Shown here piece after piece: positions 1-12,405 of a stretch of 64,000 nucleotides of DNA (position 1 is its first letter; every line of letters starts with the position of its first letter). This DNA is from Malacoraja senta (Eukaryota). The stretch covers positions 1 to 64,000 of the forward strand of contig JAXLNO010004019.1 of assembly GCA_038087875.1 (NCBI GenBank). Direction: 5' to 3'. Below the pieces are notes generated by a model. The model ran no database searches, had not been told where the DNA came from, and saw only the letters and a list, made by a program, of their open reading frames with translations. A program made the translations under genes and the position numbers.

Positions 1-402
1 CCCTTCTTCACCCACCACCATATGGTCCATGATGCTGGTGTTGTTGCGGCTCACGGAGCCCCCGGGATGAGCACTTTCTTCAAGCTGCCATCCTCGACAG
101 GACGTGCTTGGTCACCATGAGGCTCCCTCCCCTCCCACCTGCTGCTGTCCACTCCCTGTTCGACCGCCATCTCCCCCTCGTCCTCCCCTCGCTCTGTCCA
201 CTCGGCCTCTTCCCCCCTCCCCCCTCCACCGCCATCTCCTCCTCCTTCTCCCTGGAGTCACCAACATACTGCACCTTGGAAGCAGCAGCTGGTGAGAGGA
301 GAGGGTGCCGCATGGTGAGCGTGCACCCTGTCAGTGGCAGCGACCTGAAGAAAGCACTGCCAGCCAGAGGCTACAATGTGAGCCACAACCACAGCCATGA
401 CA

Positions 403-1200
403 CATAGAAACATAGAAACATAGAAAATAGGTGCAGGAGTAGGCCATTCGGCCCTTCGAGCCTGCACCGCCATTCAATATGATCATGGCTGATCATCCAA
501 CTCAGTATCCTGTACCTGCTTTCTCTCCATACCCCATGATCCCTTTAGCCACAAGGGCCACAAACTCCCTCTTAAATATAGCCAATGAACTGGCCTCAAC
601 TACATTCTGTGGCAGAGAATTCCACAGATTCACCACTCTTTGTGTAAATTTTTTTTTTCTCATCTCAGTCCTAAAAGATTTCCCCTTTATCCTTAAACTG
701 TGACCCCTTGTTCTGGACTCCCCCAACATCGGGAACAATCTTCCTGCATCTAGCCTGTCCAACCCCTTAAGAATTTTGTAAGCTTCTATAAGATCCCCCC
801 TCAGTCTTCTAAATTCCAGCGAGTACAAGCCGAGTCTATCCAGTCTTTCCTCATATGAAAGTCCTGACATCCCAGGAATCAGTCTGGTGAACCTTCTCTG
901 TACTCCCTCTATGGCAAGAATGTCCTTCCTCAGATTAGGAGACCAAAACTGTACACAATACTCCAAGTGTGGTCTCACCAAGACCCTGTACAACTGCAGT
1001 AGAACCTCCCTGCTCCTATACTCAAATCCTTTTGCTATGAATGCTAACATACCATTCGCTTTCTTCACTCCCTGCTGCACCTGCATGCCCACTTTCAATG
1101 ACTGGTGCACCATGACACCCAGGTCTCGTTGCATCTCCCCTTTTCCTAATCAGCCACCATTCAGGTCTACTTTCCTGTTTTTGCCACCAAAGTGGATAAC
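403..1200 (-). mobile_element. CR1-type LINE, 3' fragment (RT C-terminus and tandem tail)
   Basis: ORF 502-1134 has [19 protein letters not shown] and GHSLRI motifs typical of CR1 ORF2; (CATAGAAA)n tail at 403-428. Confidence 0.9.
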
Positions 1201-1939
1201 CGGACTGTCAAAGCTGCCACAGCCAGATATAAAAACAGTTTTTTTTCCACGAGTAGTGGCTCTACTCAATAACCAAATACCCTCCTTTTGCTCTGGTATT
1301 ATAATTAATTCACATGTTTAATCAATGTTTTATTATTAATATTTACTATTTTACATGTCATTCCTAACTGTCACTGTATGTCGTTGTCACTTGCGGGCGG
1401 AGCACCAAGGCAAATTCCTTGTATGTGAATACTTGGCCAATAAACTTATTCATCCATTCATTCATTACAACACGGCTGTACTGTGAACATGCCTCGCTGC
1501 CTGTGAAAGGTGCGGGGACACCATGAAAGGTGCTCTGTGAATGACCACTGAGATTCACTGAGACACCAGCAGCCCTGGTTAAAGGAGCAAAGCACATGTT
1601 GGACAAACCCAGAAATTAGAGCCATTCCTCTGTCTGTGAACTGAGAAAAAGCAGTTCTTTTGTGCAGCAAAACTCACATCAAAAACACCAAGTAACTGGA
1701 CTCAGAATCTAATCTACGACCATCAGTGAATTCACAATGAAGAATAAAAGGTATTGACTTACTAAGGATCTCTAAATGTTGAAATTCAATACAAGATGCA
1801 AAGAAAACCTGGTGTACTAAACCCCACATCCAGAACCATGTACAACATTCTCTCATTATGTTCAAATCATTCATTGTTGTGAACCTTTGTTTTTTAACCA
1901 AACAGCATCAATTTGTTTTACAATCTAGAGAACCTTCTG

Positions 1940-2330
1940 TGTTCTGAAACAAGGAGTGTTTGACAGAGCAATGTAGAGGGAGCTTGACTCTGTGTCAAAC
2001 ACTCTGTCCCTGCACTGGGAGTATGTAACAGTGTAAAGGGAACTTCACTCAGTGACTAACCTGTAACCTGGGTGGGTGTGGGGACAGGTTGGAGGGAACT
2101 TCACTCAGTGACTAACCTGTAACCTGGGTGTGTGTGGGGACAGGTTGGAGGGAGCCTCACTCCTTTTCTAACCTGTGCTGTCCCTTCCCTGGGAGCGTTG
2201 GGATAGGACAGATGGAATGTTGTATCTAATCTGTAGCTGACAGCACAGTGACACGGGGAGATATATTCTGCATTTGACTCGTGCTTTGTCTGACCTGGAT
2301 ATGTTTGATGGGATCTCTTTGCGGGAGCAG
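1940..2330. repeat. Minisatellite, ~56-bp unit
   Basis: Two near-identical copies of AGGGAACTTCACTCAGTGACTAACCTGTAACCTGGG...GGACAGGTTGG at 2037-2092 and 2093-2148, with degenerate units on both sides. Confidence 0.75.
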
Positions 2331-2339
2331 GTATTGGAG

Positions 2340-3605
2340 ACATTGAGTCATAGAGTGATACAGTGTGGAAACAGGCCCTTCGGCCCAACTCGTCCACACC
2401 GGCCAACAATATCCTAGCTACACTAGTCCCACTTGCCTGCGCTTGGTCCATAACCATCCAAACCCGTCCTACCCATGTACCTGTCCAACTGGTTCATAAA
2501 ACGATGGGATAGTCCCAACCTCAACTACCTCCTCTGGCAGCTTGTTCCATACGCCCACCACCCTTTGTGTGAAAAAGTTACCTCTCGGATTCCTATTAAA
2601 TCTTTTCCCCTTCACCTTGAACCTATGTCCTCGATTCCCCTACTCTGGGTAAAAGAATCCGTGCATCTAATCATTTTGTATACCTCTATAAGATCTCCCC
2701 TCATCCTCAAGCGCCATGGAATAGAGACCCAGCCTACTCAACCTCTCCCTACAGCTCACACCCTCTAGTCCTGAAGGGTGTGAGCTGACAATATCTTTCC
2801 CATAACATGGTGCCCAGAACTGAACACAATATTCTAAATGCGGTCTCACCAATGTCTTAGACAATAGACAATAGTTGCAGGAGTACGCCCTTCAGCCCTT
2901 CGAGCCAGCACCGCCATTCAATGTGATCATGGCTGATCATCCCCGATCAGTACCCCGTTCCTGTCTTCTCCCCATATTCCCTGACTCCGCTATTTTTAAG
3001 AGCCCTATCTAGCTCTCTTGAAAGCATCCAGAGAACCTGCCTCCACCGCCCTCTGAGGCAGAGAATTCCACAGACTCACAACTCTCTGTGAGAAAAAGTG
3101 TTTCCTCGTCTCCGTTCTAAATGGCTTACTCCTTATTCTTAAACTGTGGCCCCTGGTTCTGGACTCCCGCAACATGTTTCCTGCCTCTAGCGTGTCCAAA
3201 CCCTTAACGATCTTATATGTTTCAATGAGATCTCCTCTCATCCTTCTAAACTCCAGAGTGTACAAGCCCAGCTGCACCATTCTCTCAGCATATGACAGTC
3301 CTGCCATCCCGGGAATTAAACCTACACTGCATTCCCTCAATAGCAAGAATGTCCTTCCTCAAATTAGGGGACCAAAACTGCACACAATACTCCAGGTGTG
3401 GTCTCACTAGGGCTCTGTACAACTGCAGAAGGACCTCTTTGCTCCTATATTCGATTCCTCTTGTTATAAAGGCCAACATGCCATTCGCTTTCTTCACTGC
3501 CTGCTGTACCTGCATGCTTACTTTCATAGACTGATGAACAAGGACCCCCAGATCCCGTTGTACTTCCCCTTTTCCCAACTTGACACCATTTAGATAGTAA
3601 TCTGA
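2340..3605 (-). mobile_element. Two adjacent CR1 3' fragments
   Basis: ORFs 2667-2864, 3005-3346 and 3285-3674 carry [11 protein letters not shown] and [11 protein letters not shown]; TAGACAA tandem tail near 2857-2873. Confidence 0.85.
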
Positions 3606-3967
3606 TACAACTGCAACTGGATTTACAAAATAAATAATAGATTCATTGAATCTCAGAGCACAGAACGGGGCCATTCATCTGATTGTGTCCGTACTTGTCC
3701 TTTAGCTGAGTTGGATGAATAATAGTGTGGTATTAGTGGGAGATTTAAACTTCCCTCATATTGACTGGGTATCCCACAATATTAAGTGCTAGGATGAGAT
3801 AGAATTTGTTAACCGCATCTCAGAAAGATTCCTTAATCAACTCAAAGAGGGTTCTGCTGGAACCGCTATAGAGAATACAACACTAAACCTCCGCTTCAGA
3901 TATGAGGCAAGGGATGAGATGTCAGTGTGGAAGCATTTTTAGACCAGTGACCATAGTTCTTCCAGTT

Positions 3968-4215
3968 TTAAACACAAAAAGCTAGAGTGCCTCTACAGGT
4001 CAGACAGCATCTCTGGAGAAAAGGAATAGATGGTGTTTCAGGTCAAGACTCTTCTTCAGCCTGAGAGTCCTTTCCCCTGACTCTCAATCTGAAGGGTCTC
4101 GACCCTAAATGTCACCGTTTCCCTCTCTCCAGAGATGCTGTTTGACCCGCTGAGTTATTCCAGCTTTTTGTATCTATCTTCAGTTTAAACCAGCATCTGC
4201 AGTTACGTCCTACAC
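3968..4215. repeat. Degenerate palindromic short repeat (hammerhead-core family)
   Basis: Arms AGCATCTCTGGAGA...CTTCTTCAG and CTGAAGGGTCTCGACCC...TCTCCAGAGATGCT are inverted copies of each other. Confidence 0.7.
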
Positions 4216-5369
4216 CTCTACTAGTTTTAAAGTAGTTATCGAGAAGCATGAAACTGGCCCACAAATGAAGATCCTAACTGAGTTAAGGCTGATTTTGGAA
4301 GCATTGGTCTGGAACTTGCAGAGTTTGTTTGGGAGAGTCTATTAGTGGTTAGGGGATGGCTGACATGTGGGAGGCTTTCAAAAGTGGGATAGCCAGAGTG
4401 CAGGGGCAGCTTATTAATGTTAGGGTGAAGGGCAAGTCTGGCACGTTCATGGAATCCTGGTTTTTGAGTGATGTTGAGTCTCTGGTCAGATAAAAGCAGG
4501 AGACATACCTCAGATTAAGGCTGTCGCGCTCAAGCGAATGCCTCAGTGGGTATAAGAAGCGTAGGAACACACTAAAGAATGCACGGGCAATAAAGAGGCC
4601 ATGAAATGGTTCTGACAGGCAAGGTCAAGGAAAACCCTAAGAGGGACTCTATAGTCAAATAACGATAAAGTAGTTTGGGGAAGAATAGGTCCCCTTAAAA
4701 TTCAGATCAGCATGGCCACCTTCGTGTAGACGCAAGAGATGGGCGAGATATTAAATGAATATTTCCTATCCGCAGTAACTAATGAGAAGATCATGGAAGC
4801 TAATGAGTTGAATCATAGGAGTTGTGATGTCTTAGATCATAACCAAATGACCAAAGAGGAGCTAATGGCAGCGTTCAAGTGCATTACGGTGGATAAATCC
4901 CCAGTGCCTTACAACTGCATCCTCTGATCTTGTGGGAAGCTCAGGAAAATAATTTACTTTCCGTCAGAGGTATTTACATCATCTTCCGCTGCAGATTAAT
5001 CTCCAAATGACTGGAGGGTGGCTGATACTGAAGTGTAATTGAAGAAGGACATTAGGGCCAAGCCAGGGATCTGCACCAGTGAGCCTGACGTCATTGGTGG
5101 GAATGTCCTTCATGACAGGAACTACCAGTATTTGGACAGGCACGGACTGATTAGGGATAGTCCTAAGTTTACACGAAGATCTAGATCACTTGGTAGGGTG
5201 GGCCAAGGATTAGGGACTGCATGGCTTGTGTTTGGGAAATTGTGCCTCATGAACCTGATAGGTCTGGCATGGTGGGCTGGCGTGGAAGGTTAGATCATAT
5301 GAAACCCAACACGAGCTAAATTAGCTTGGAGAAAGTGGACTGCTGCAGGGGTCAGTGCTGAGACCACTG

Positions 5370-6010
5370 TTGTTTGTTATCTACATTAAAATTTCTTGGC
5401 ACTCACATAAGCAATAACCTAAAATGGAAAATCAATTCAGATCACATTTATAAAAAAGCCAATCAAAGACTTTTCTTTCTCCGTCAGCTCAAGAAGTTCA
5501 GAGTGAGGAAACATCTCCTAATCCGATTTTACACAGCCATCATCCAAAGCATGCTCACTTCATCAATACCAGTTTGGTACAGCAGCTTAGACACTCACTC
5601 CCGTAATAAACTACAGCGCATTGTCAACAAAGCATCCAAAATCATCAGCACCCCCTCCCATCAATAGATTCACTCAATCTCAAACGGTCTGTGTCAAGGG
5701 TGAAGAAAATCATTTCTGATCCCTCCCACCCAGCTCACCACATCTTCCACCTGCTGCCGTCAGGAAGGCGCTACAGCTCACTGCCCGCCAAAACATCACG
5801 ATTTAAAAACAGTTTCTACCCATATGCAATTCGAACTCTGAACACTCTATGACAACATCACATAGCCACCTTGTGCATGTACTGTATACTGTATGTTGTT
5901 GTGTTTTATGTTATGTTTGACGGGAATCAGCCTATTATGTAACATCCTGTACTGAACATGAATTCCACCAGCTTGACTGTGTGGTCATTAAATAATCTGA
6001 ATCTGAATCT
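5370..6010 (+). mobile_element. Rex1/Babar-type LINE 3' fragment
   Basis: ORF 5374-5667 has KFLGTHISNNLKW...KANQRLFFLRQL; (AATCTG)n tail near 5995-6012. Confidence 0.8.
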
Positions 6011-6711
6011 GATTAACAGTTTGCCATACAATATAGTGGACATTGATAGTAAGTTTGCAGATGACACCAAAATCAGTGGACAGTGAGGAAGGATAAGTTT
6101 ACCAAAAGATCTAGATCAGCTGGGAAGGTGAGCCAAGGAATGCCAAATGGAATTTAACTCTGACTTGTGAGGGGGTGTTGAACTTTGGTCGATCAAACCA
6201 GGGCTGGACTTACACATTAAATGGTAGAGCCCGGAGAGTGTTGTAGAACAGACAGATGTGGAAATGCAGGGGCATGGTTCGCTGAGAGTGGCGAGTTAGG
6301 TGGACAGGGAGCTGGGGTGGCTTTTGGCAGACTGCCTTCAATAGGCAGTATCTGGAATGAGTTGCCAGAGGAAACTATAAAAGTAGATAGAATTCTTATT
6401 ATCAAACAAATCCGATATATGGATGAGAAGGATATGTGGCCAAAGGGACGAGCCCAGAAAACCAGCTTGGTCGGCATGCACAAGATAGATGATGGCGAGA
6501 CTCAGGGAAAGAACAGCCTGTGGGGCAGTTCAACGCGGTGGGAAATGTACTGTTGTTGGGTAGATTCTAACTGCAGAAACCCGCCAGTCTCCGGGAAATC
6601 CGTGCAATTGTTCCAAATATCTCACCGAGTTCAGGTCAATTACAGAATTTCCAAAGACCATAAATTAATGAAACACAACTGGGTAAAATGGAATTGAGGA
6701 ATTGGTCTTAC

Positions 6712-6751
6712 CTGAAGTCACTGTCAGCGAGGTTCCTGCACCCCAGTTGTC
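6712..6751 (-). other. JH segment (DNWGAGTSLTVTS) with splice donor
   Basis: GAC AAC TGG GGT GCA GGA ACC TCG CTG ACA GTG ACT TCA G followed by GTAAGA; WGxG motif; no RSS between V and J. Confidence 0.92.
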
Positions 6752-7189
6752 ATCTCGCACAGTAATAGGTGGCCGTTGTCGTCCAGTCTCAGGCCGTTCA
6801 TTTGGAGATAGACATTGCTGATGTCCTTGGAAACCTCGAATCGGCCGCTGAAGACAGGCGCGTAATTTTTGTCACCATTATACCTCATCCTCGCCACCCA
6901 CTCCAGCCCTTTCCCGGTGACCTGTTTCACCCAGTGTAGCTGCTGAGGCTGAACCCACTGGTTGCACAGGTCAGTTTGAGGGACCCTCCAGACTTTGCCA
7001 CCCCGGTCGGGGTCTGATTCAGCACGACCGCGGATCGAACGCCTGCCAATAAAAGAGAAACAATGTTGAATAAAAACTTGAAGAGGCAGAGGGTGAAAGA
7101 GTGTCCAAGAAGTAGCTCGGCCCCGAGTGGGGGTGACGCCCACCTGGCAGACAGGACAGAAGGAGACAGAGATAAGCAGCGACCCCCAT
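6712..7189 (-). pseudogene. IgW: Germline-joined IgW-type heavy-chain leader-V-J pseudogene
   Basis: Leader exon 7189-7144 (MGVAAYLCLLLSCLP/G), 101-nt GT-AG intron 7143-7043, V exon 7042-6753 (GVRSAVVLNQT...LTCATSGFSLSSY / WVKQVTGKGLEWVAR...GRFEVSKD...LRLDD / TATYYCAR) fused to J. Frameshifts in CDR1 (TAC AC TGG), before TATYYC (+1 A) and at the junction. IgW rather than IgM is from recalled leader and framework patterns. Confidence 0.9.
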
Positions 7190-7475
7190 CACTCTGAGCA
7201 CTGACACACACTTGGACACTCCTTTTTTTTAAATTTCAAAATATACTTTATTCAAGTAATAAATATTTACAATACGTGAACCGTGCGAAAAATTAATCCG
7301 GCATTTTCGGAGGCTATACAAATTGTCCAATGCAGTTAATACATTTTTTTTCAAATTCCACAAATCCGTCCCCCACCCGTGCCACTCATGTGGCCCCCTG
7401 GCGTGGGATACCTTCCCTTATTTTGAGGGGCGTCTCCACCATACCGTGCCCCCCATGTCCAGCAGCGGGAGGACC

Positions 7476-10400
7476 CTAGACTGCGGCCCTCCCCCATCGA
7501 GCCTTGGCGTTGGCTGCACCAAGCTTCAGTGCATCCCTCAGCACGTACTCCTGCAGTCTGCAGCGGGCCAGTCGGCAACATTCCCTGACGGACATCTCGC
7601 TCTGCTGGGTGGTGAACAACGCTCGGGCAGACCAAATAGCGTCTTTCGCCGAGTTGATGACCTTCCAGCAGCATTCGATGTCAGTCTCTGAATGTGTCCC
7701 TGGGAACAGTCCGTAAATCACAGAGTCCTCTGTGACGGAGCTGTTCGGGATAAAGCGTGCCAGGGATCCCTGCATACTTCTCCAGATTCTTTTTGCAAAT
7801 CCACACTCTGCGAAGAGGTGGGCAACCGTCTCCTCTCCATAGCAGCCGTCCCGTGCGCTGGCAGTGAGGTTCTCGACGGTGCAGGAAAGATCTGACTGGG
7901 AGGGCTCCCCTCACCGCCAGCCAAGCCAGGTCTTGGTGCTTGTTGGTGAGTTCTGGCGATGAGGCATTTTGCCAGACAAGCTGGGCAGTCTGCTCTGGGA
8001 ACCACGCCACCGGATCAATCGAGTCCTTTCCCTGCAGTGCCTGCAGGACGTTCCGTGCTGACCACTGCCCAATGGACATGTGGTCAAAGGTGTTGGTCCG
8101 GAAGAACCTTTCCACAGACGACAGATGGGGCAGCAATGTCCAGCTGACTGGCACATTGCGTGGCATCTGCGCCAGGCCCATCCTTCGCATCCTTCAGCAG
8201 GTAGTGACACTTGGTGCCCATGTGCCTTGGCTCTACACTCCGCCTGATGCAGCCACACACAAAGGTGGCCATCAGGGTGAGGGCGACGTTGGGCACGCTT
8301 TTACCCCCGTTGTCTGCTGACTTGTACATTGTGGCCCGTCGCACCCGGTCTATCCTCGACCCCCAGATGAACTGGAAGGCGGCCCGGGTGATCCCTGTGG
8401 CGTAGGAGGGAGGGACAGGCCACACTTGCGCCAAGTACAGCAGCCCCGAGAGCACCTCACACCTGATGACCACATTTTTTCCGGTTATGGAGAGGAGCGT
8501 TGCCTCCACAGCTCTAGCTTCTTCCCCACCTTGACTATCCGCTCCAGCCAATTCTTGTTACACGCCTCAGCCCCCCCGAACCAGATCCCCAGCACCTTCA
8601 AGAAGTCAGGCTTGATGGTGAAGGGGACAGAAGTTCGGTCGGGCCAGTTGCCAAAGAGCATGGCCTCGCTCTTCCTGCGGTTCACCCTGGCTCCCGTGGC
8701 CGACTCAAACTGGTCGCAGATACTAATCAGTCTGCGGACCGACCCTGGATCCGAGCAGAAGACAGCGACATCGTCCATGTACAGGGACATTTTGACGAAT
8801 GCCCCCACTGCCTGGCAATGTCACTCCTCTTATGCTCGCATATTCCTGATGGACTCGGCAAAAGGTTCAATACAGCAGATAAACAAGACAGGAGAGAGAG
8901 GGCACCCCTGCCTGACTCCAGACCTTACAGGGAAACTGTCTGATTCCCACCCATTGATTTGGACTGCACTACGGATATTGGTGTAGAGCAGTTTGATCCA
9001 ATTTCGGATTCCCTCCCCAAAACCCATTTTGGAGAGCACGTCCCTCATGAACGTGTGCGATATCCTGTCGAAGGCCTTCTCCTGGTCCAAGCTGACTAGG
9101 CAGGCATCCACCCGTCTGTCCTGCACGTAGGCGATGGTATCTCTCAGCAGCAGGTACAGCACAGGTTTGTGTTGGATCACCTGTCCCAGAGCTGACTTGA
9201 CCCGGTTGGCGATGGCCTTAAACAGGATCTTGTAATCTACATTCAACAATGTGATGGGTCTCCAATTCTTTATATCCTTCATCTCCCCCTTCTGCTTGTA
9301 GATTAGGGTGATGCTGCCATTCCTCATGGAGTCTGACATGCTGCTGGCTAGAAGCATGTCGTTGTACACTTCCAGCAGGTCCGGGCCCACCCAGTCCCAC
9401 AGAGCCGAATACAACTTGGCCGGTAAGCCATCGCTTCCGGGAGTTTTACTCGAGTCAAAGGAACGGATGGAGCCAGTCAGCTCCTCTAGGGTCAGTGGTT
9501 GGTCCAGACTCTCCCGCTTGCTGTTCTCCAAGACCTCCGTGATAGAGGACAGGAAGTTCTGGGAGGCGGTGCTGTCTGTGGCCTTTTTGTCGTACAAATC
9601 CGTGTAAAAGGATTTGCAGATCCTCAGCATGTCCGTCTGCGAGGATGTTACCGAGCCGTCCTCTTCCCTAAGGCTGTTCATCACAGAGCTTCCCCTGTGA
9701 ACCTTATGGAAGAAGAAACGTGAGCACGTCTCATCCTGCTGCACATGGCGGACCCTGGATCGGAAGATGATCTTGGAGGATTCAGACGTAAAGAGCCGAG
9801 CTTGCCGGTCCTTCACCTCTCTGTTCCTCCCTCACATCCACCCCTCTCGACTGCAGAAGGAGCAGTTGTTGCAAATCTGTCTGGAGTTGGCACAATTCCC
9901 TCTGACTCTGTCTTGCTCTCTGAACCCCTTTAACTATGAAGAACCTCTTAATGTTCTCCTTGGTTGCTTCCCACCAGCGTGTCGGGGAGTCAAAGAGGGG
10001 CCTCACCGTTCTCCAACATGCGTAGTCCCTCTTTAGCTCCTCAACGTTCTCTGGGGTCAACAGCTTCATATTTAACTTCCACGTCCCCCTGCCTGCCTTC
10101 CGGTCCTCCTGTAGGTGACAGAAAGCCCGAAGGAGGCAGTGGTCAGAGAAGAACACCGGCGTGAGGTCGGTGTGTCTCACCGTGACGGCCTTCGTCGTGA
10201 AGACGAAGTCTATCCGGGGTCGGGCTAAACCGTCCGATCTCGACCAGGTGAAATGCAGCTGGGACCTGCCTGCAGGGTTGCTGAAGGCGTCGTGCAGCTT
10301 TGCATCTTTTACCGTCTCCATGAGGAACTTGGACGTGCTGTCCAGTCTGTTGTCGGCACTGCCGGATCGTCCAGCCGCATCGATGATGCAGTTGAAGTCA

Positions 10401-10837
10401 CCGGCCAGAACGAGCTGCCGGGACGTGGCCAGCAGCGATGGGAGCTGCTGGGGAACGGCCAGCCGCTCGCTCTGCACGGGTGAGGTATACACATTAATCA
10501 GCTGGAGCGTAGAACCACGGTACATAACATCCACCACGGGGAGACGCCCCCCAACCACCTCCCTGACCTCAGCGATGGCGAAGTTCCCTCCCCGCAGCAA
10601 GATCCCCAGGCCGGAATCGCAACAGTCATTGCCCCCCGACCACACCGACAGTCCGTGGGGCCACCATCGCGACCACCTCCGGTAGCAGCGGAGGTGCGGC
10701 AGCCCGCACTCGTGGGGAAAAGTCACATCTGCCTTGACGTTGGCCAGGTACTGCAAGGCATTTACACATCGCCCAGTGCTCTTTATACTGCGCACGTTTA
10801 AAGATGCCAGTTTTATCTCCATTGTCTTTAGAGTCAC
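7476..10837 (-). pseudogene. Tx1 ORF2 (APE endonuclease, RT, C-terminal Cys domain), frameshifted
   Basis: SLNVRS, GDFNC, IDFVF...SDH (endonuclease); KTPGSDG, NWRPITL, DQEKAFD, GVRQGCPLSP, LYMDD (RT). Confidence 0.9.
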
Positions 10838-10859
10838 TGACCATTCTCGTGTCCCCTCA

Positions 10860-12405
10860 TGCCCACCGCTTCAGTGAATTGCCTCAGCTTTCCTGGGCTC
10901 AGGAACCCAGTGCCGGCATCCTCAATGAGGTGGGTTTCCTGTGGCGTAACCCAAGGTGTCGTTGGGAGGGGCCTACTCGTTCCACCCGCTTCAGGGCGCG
11001 CTGCTTCCTCCGTAGCTGGGGTACGGTGGCTGGTTCACTGCTCCTGCAAGCCCGGGGTTGGGGCCCATCGGCCGCTGCGCTGCTACCGGTCGCCCGGAGC
11101 TGGGGCCCATTCGCCGCTGCAATGCTCCCAGTTGCCCCATCTTGTCGCCTGTGCATAGGTGCAGGCTCTTTTAGGGGGCCCCATCGACCGCTGCGATGAT
11201 CCCGGTCTCCAGGGGCTGGAGCCCCTCGGCCTCTGCACTGCTTCCGATGTCCTGGCGCTGGAGCCCCTCGGCCGCTGCTCTGCTCTCGGTCTCCTGGGGC
11301 TGGGGGATGATCGGCGTGGCCTTTCTCTTTTCCTCCCCTGTTTTCTTCCTCTGCCTCCATCGTTGGGACTTCCCGGTCGCCTCATCCTCCGACGAGGAGA
11401 GGTTGCTGCCTTCTGTCAGGGAGAAAGATCTTTTTTGGGATTTATTTTTGGGCTTACCAGCCCTTTCCAACCTCGGCTCTTTCGGCTGAACCCTCTGGTG
11501 CTTCTTGTACATCACCGTCGTCCATTTCTCCTGCTGTCCCCCCTCCTCCATCGACTCTCCCTCCTGGGCAGGGTGATGGGGGTCTCCTTCCGGCACTTGG
11601 GGGATCGAGGTGGTCGGGCTGTCCTCGTCCCTGTTCCCCCTTTCTGCTGCAGTCTTGGCAATGGTGAGGGGTGTCTCACCCACCCTGGGGGTGCTGGCAG
11701 CAGCCCCTCTTGTCGCCTGTGCATAGGTGCAGGCTCTTTTAGGGCAGGCCCTGTAAAGGTGGCCTGCCTCCCCACACAGGTTGCAGTTCTTGCTGGCCTG
11801 ACAGTCCTTTGACAACTGCAGTGCATTGGACCATCACATGCCCAGGCTTGTTGCATTTCCTGCACAGCCTGGGTTGCCCCGTGTAGCTCATGTACCCTCG
11901 GTTCCCTCTGATAGCGAACAACGAGGGAGGGTGGATGATGGCTCCGTTCTTGTCCACCCTCAGCTTCACCTTCACTTGCCGCTTGCTCGTCCAGATCCCG
12001 TACAGGTGCTTTATGTCCACACAGTTCCCTGCTCCCTCGACATGACGAACAAGGAAGGTGAGGACATCCACTACGGGCACATGTGGGTTGAACGTGCAAC
12101 GTGATCATCCTTTCCTTCTGGGTGGGGGGGATGAAGAGCGGCAGCGGAGCTTCATTCCCCTTCTCCCGGAAGTCTTCCATCAACTTTTGCCATCCCGTCG
12201 GATACTTGAAGGTAACATCAATGTATCCATTACCCGGGAACTCCTGGAGGCAGTAGATGTCCTTGGCCTCAAATTTGCAGGCCTCTAGCAAGACCTTCTT
12301 CACGAACAGGTCCCGTGAGAAGGGAACCCCCTTGCTGAGGTCCTTAACGCTGATTCTCAGGGTATTGCGGATACCCTGTACTCCCGCTCCAGTTGCTGCT
12401 GCCAT
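10860..12405 (-). pseudogene. Tx1 ORF1 (gag-like, CCHC zinc knuckles), frameshifted
   Basis: Knuckles CRKCNKPGHVMVQC and CNLCGEAGHLYRAC; N-terminus IRNTLRISVK...DIYCLQEF; low-complexity repetitive C-terminus. Confidence 0.85.

Larger units (their letters stand above)
3700..6480 (+). mobile_element. Ancient, heavily decayed CR1 ORF2 remnant downstream of the J segment, interrupted by younger repeats
   Basis: Relic motifs in colinear order: VVLVGDLNFPHIDW (~3725), VDKSP (~4890), SKFADDTK (~6050), IGSIWNELP (~6340). Confidence 0.65.

Noticed and set aside
1-400. GC-rich unique sequence with short ORFs at the window start
   Set aside because: No recognisable Ig CH1, TE or gene motif; truncated by the window edge.
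1364-1606. Minus-strand ORF containing GVPAPFTGS, resembling Ig light-chain FR3
   Set aside because: No flanking Cys, Trp or YYC motifs, no splice sites and no RSS; probably chance.
2244-2290. CACAGTG heptamers here and near 12805, 21155, 24129, 26690 and 53120 as possible RSSs
   Set aside because: No ACAAAAACC-like nonamer at 12 or 22/23 nt where checked; most hits lie inside TEs.
10161-11812. Long plus-strand ORFs (174 and 217 aa) and similar antisense ORFs over other LINEs
   Set aside because: Shadow frames of GC-rich or codon-biased TE coding sequence, with no independent motifs.
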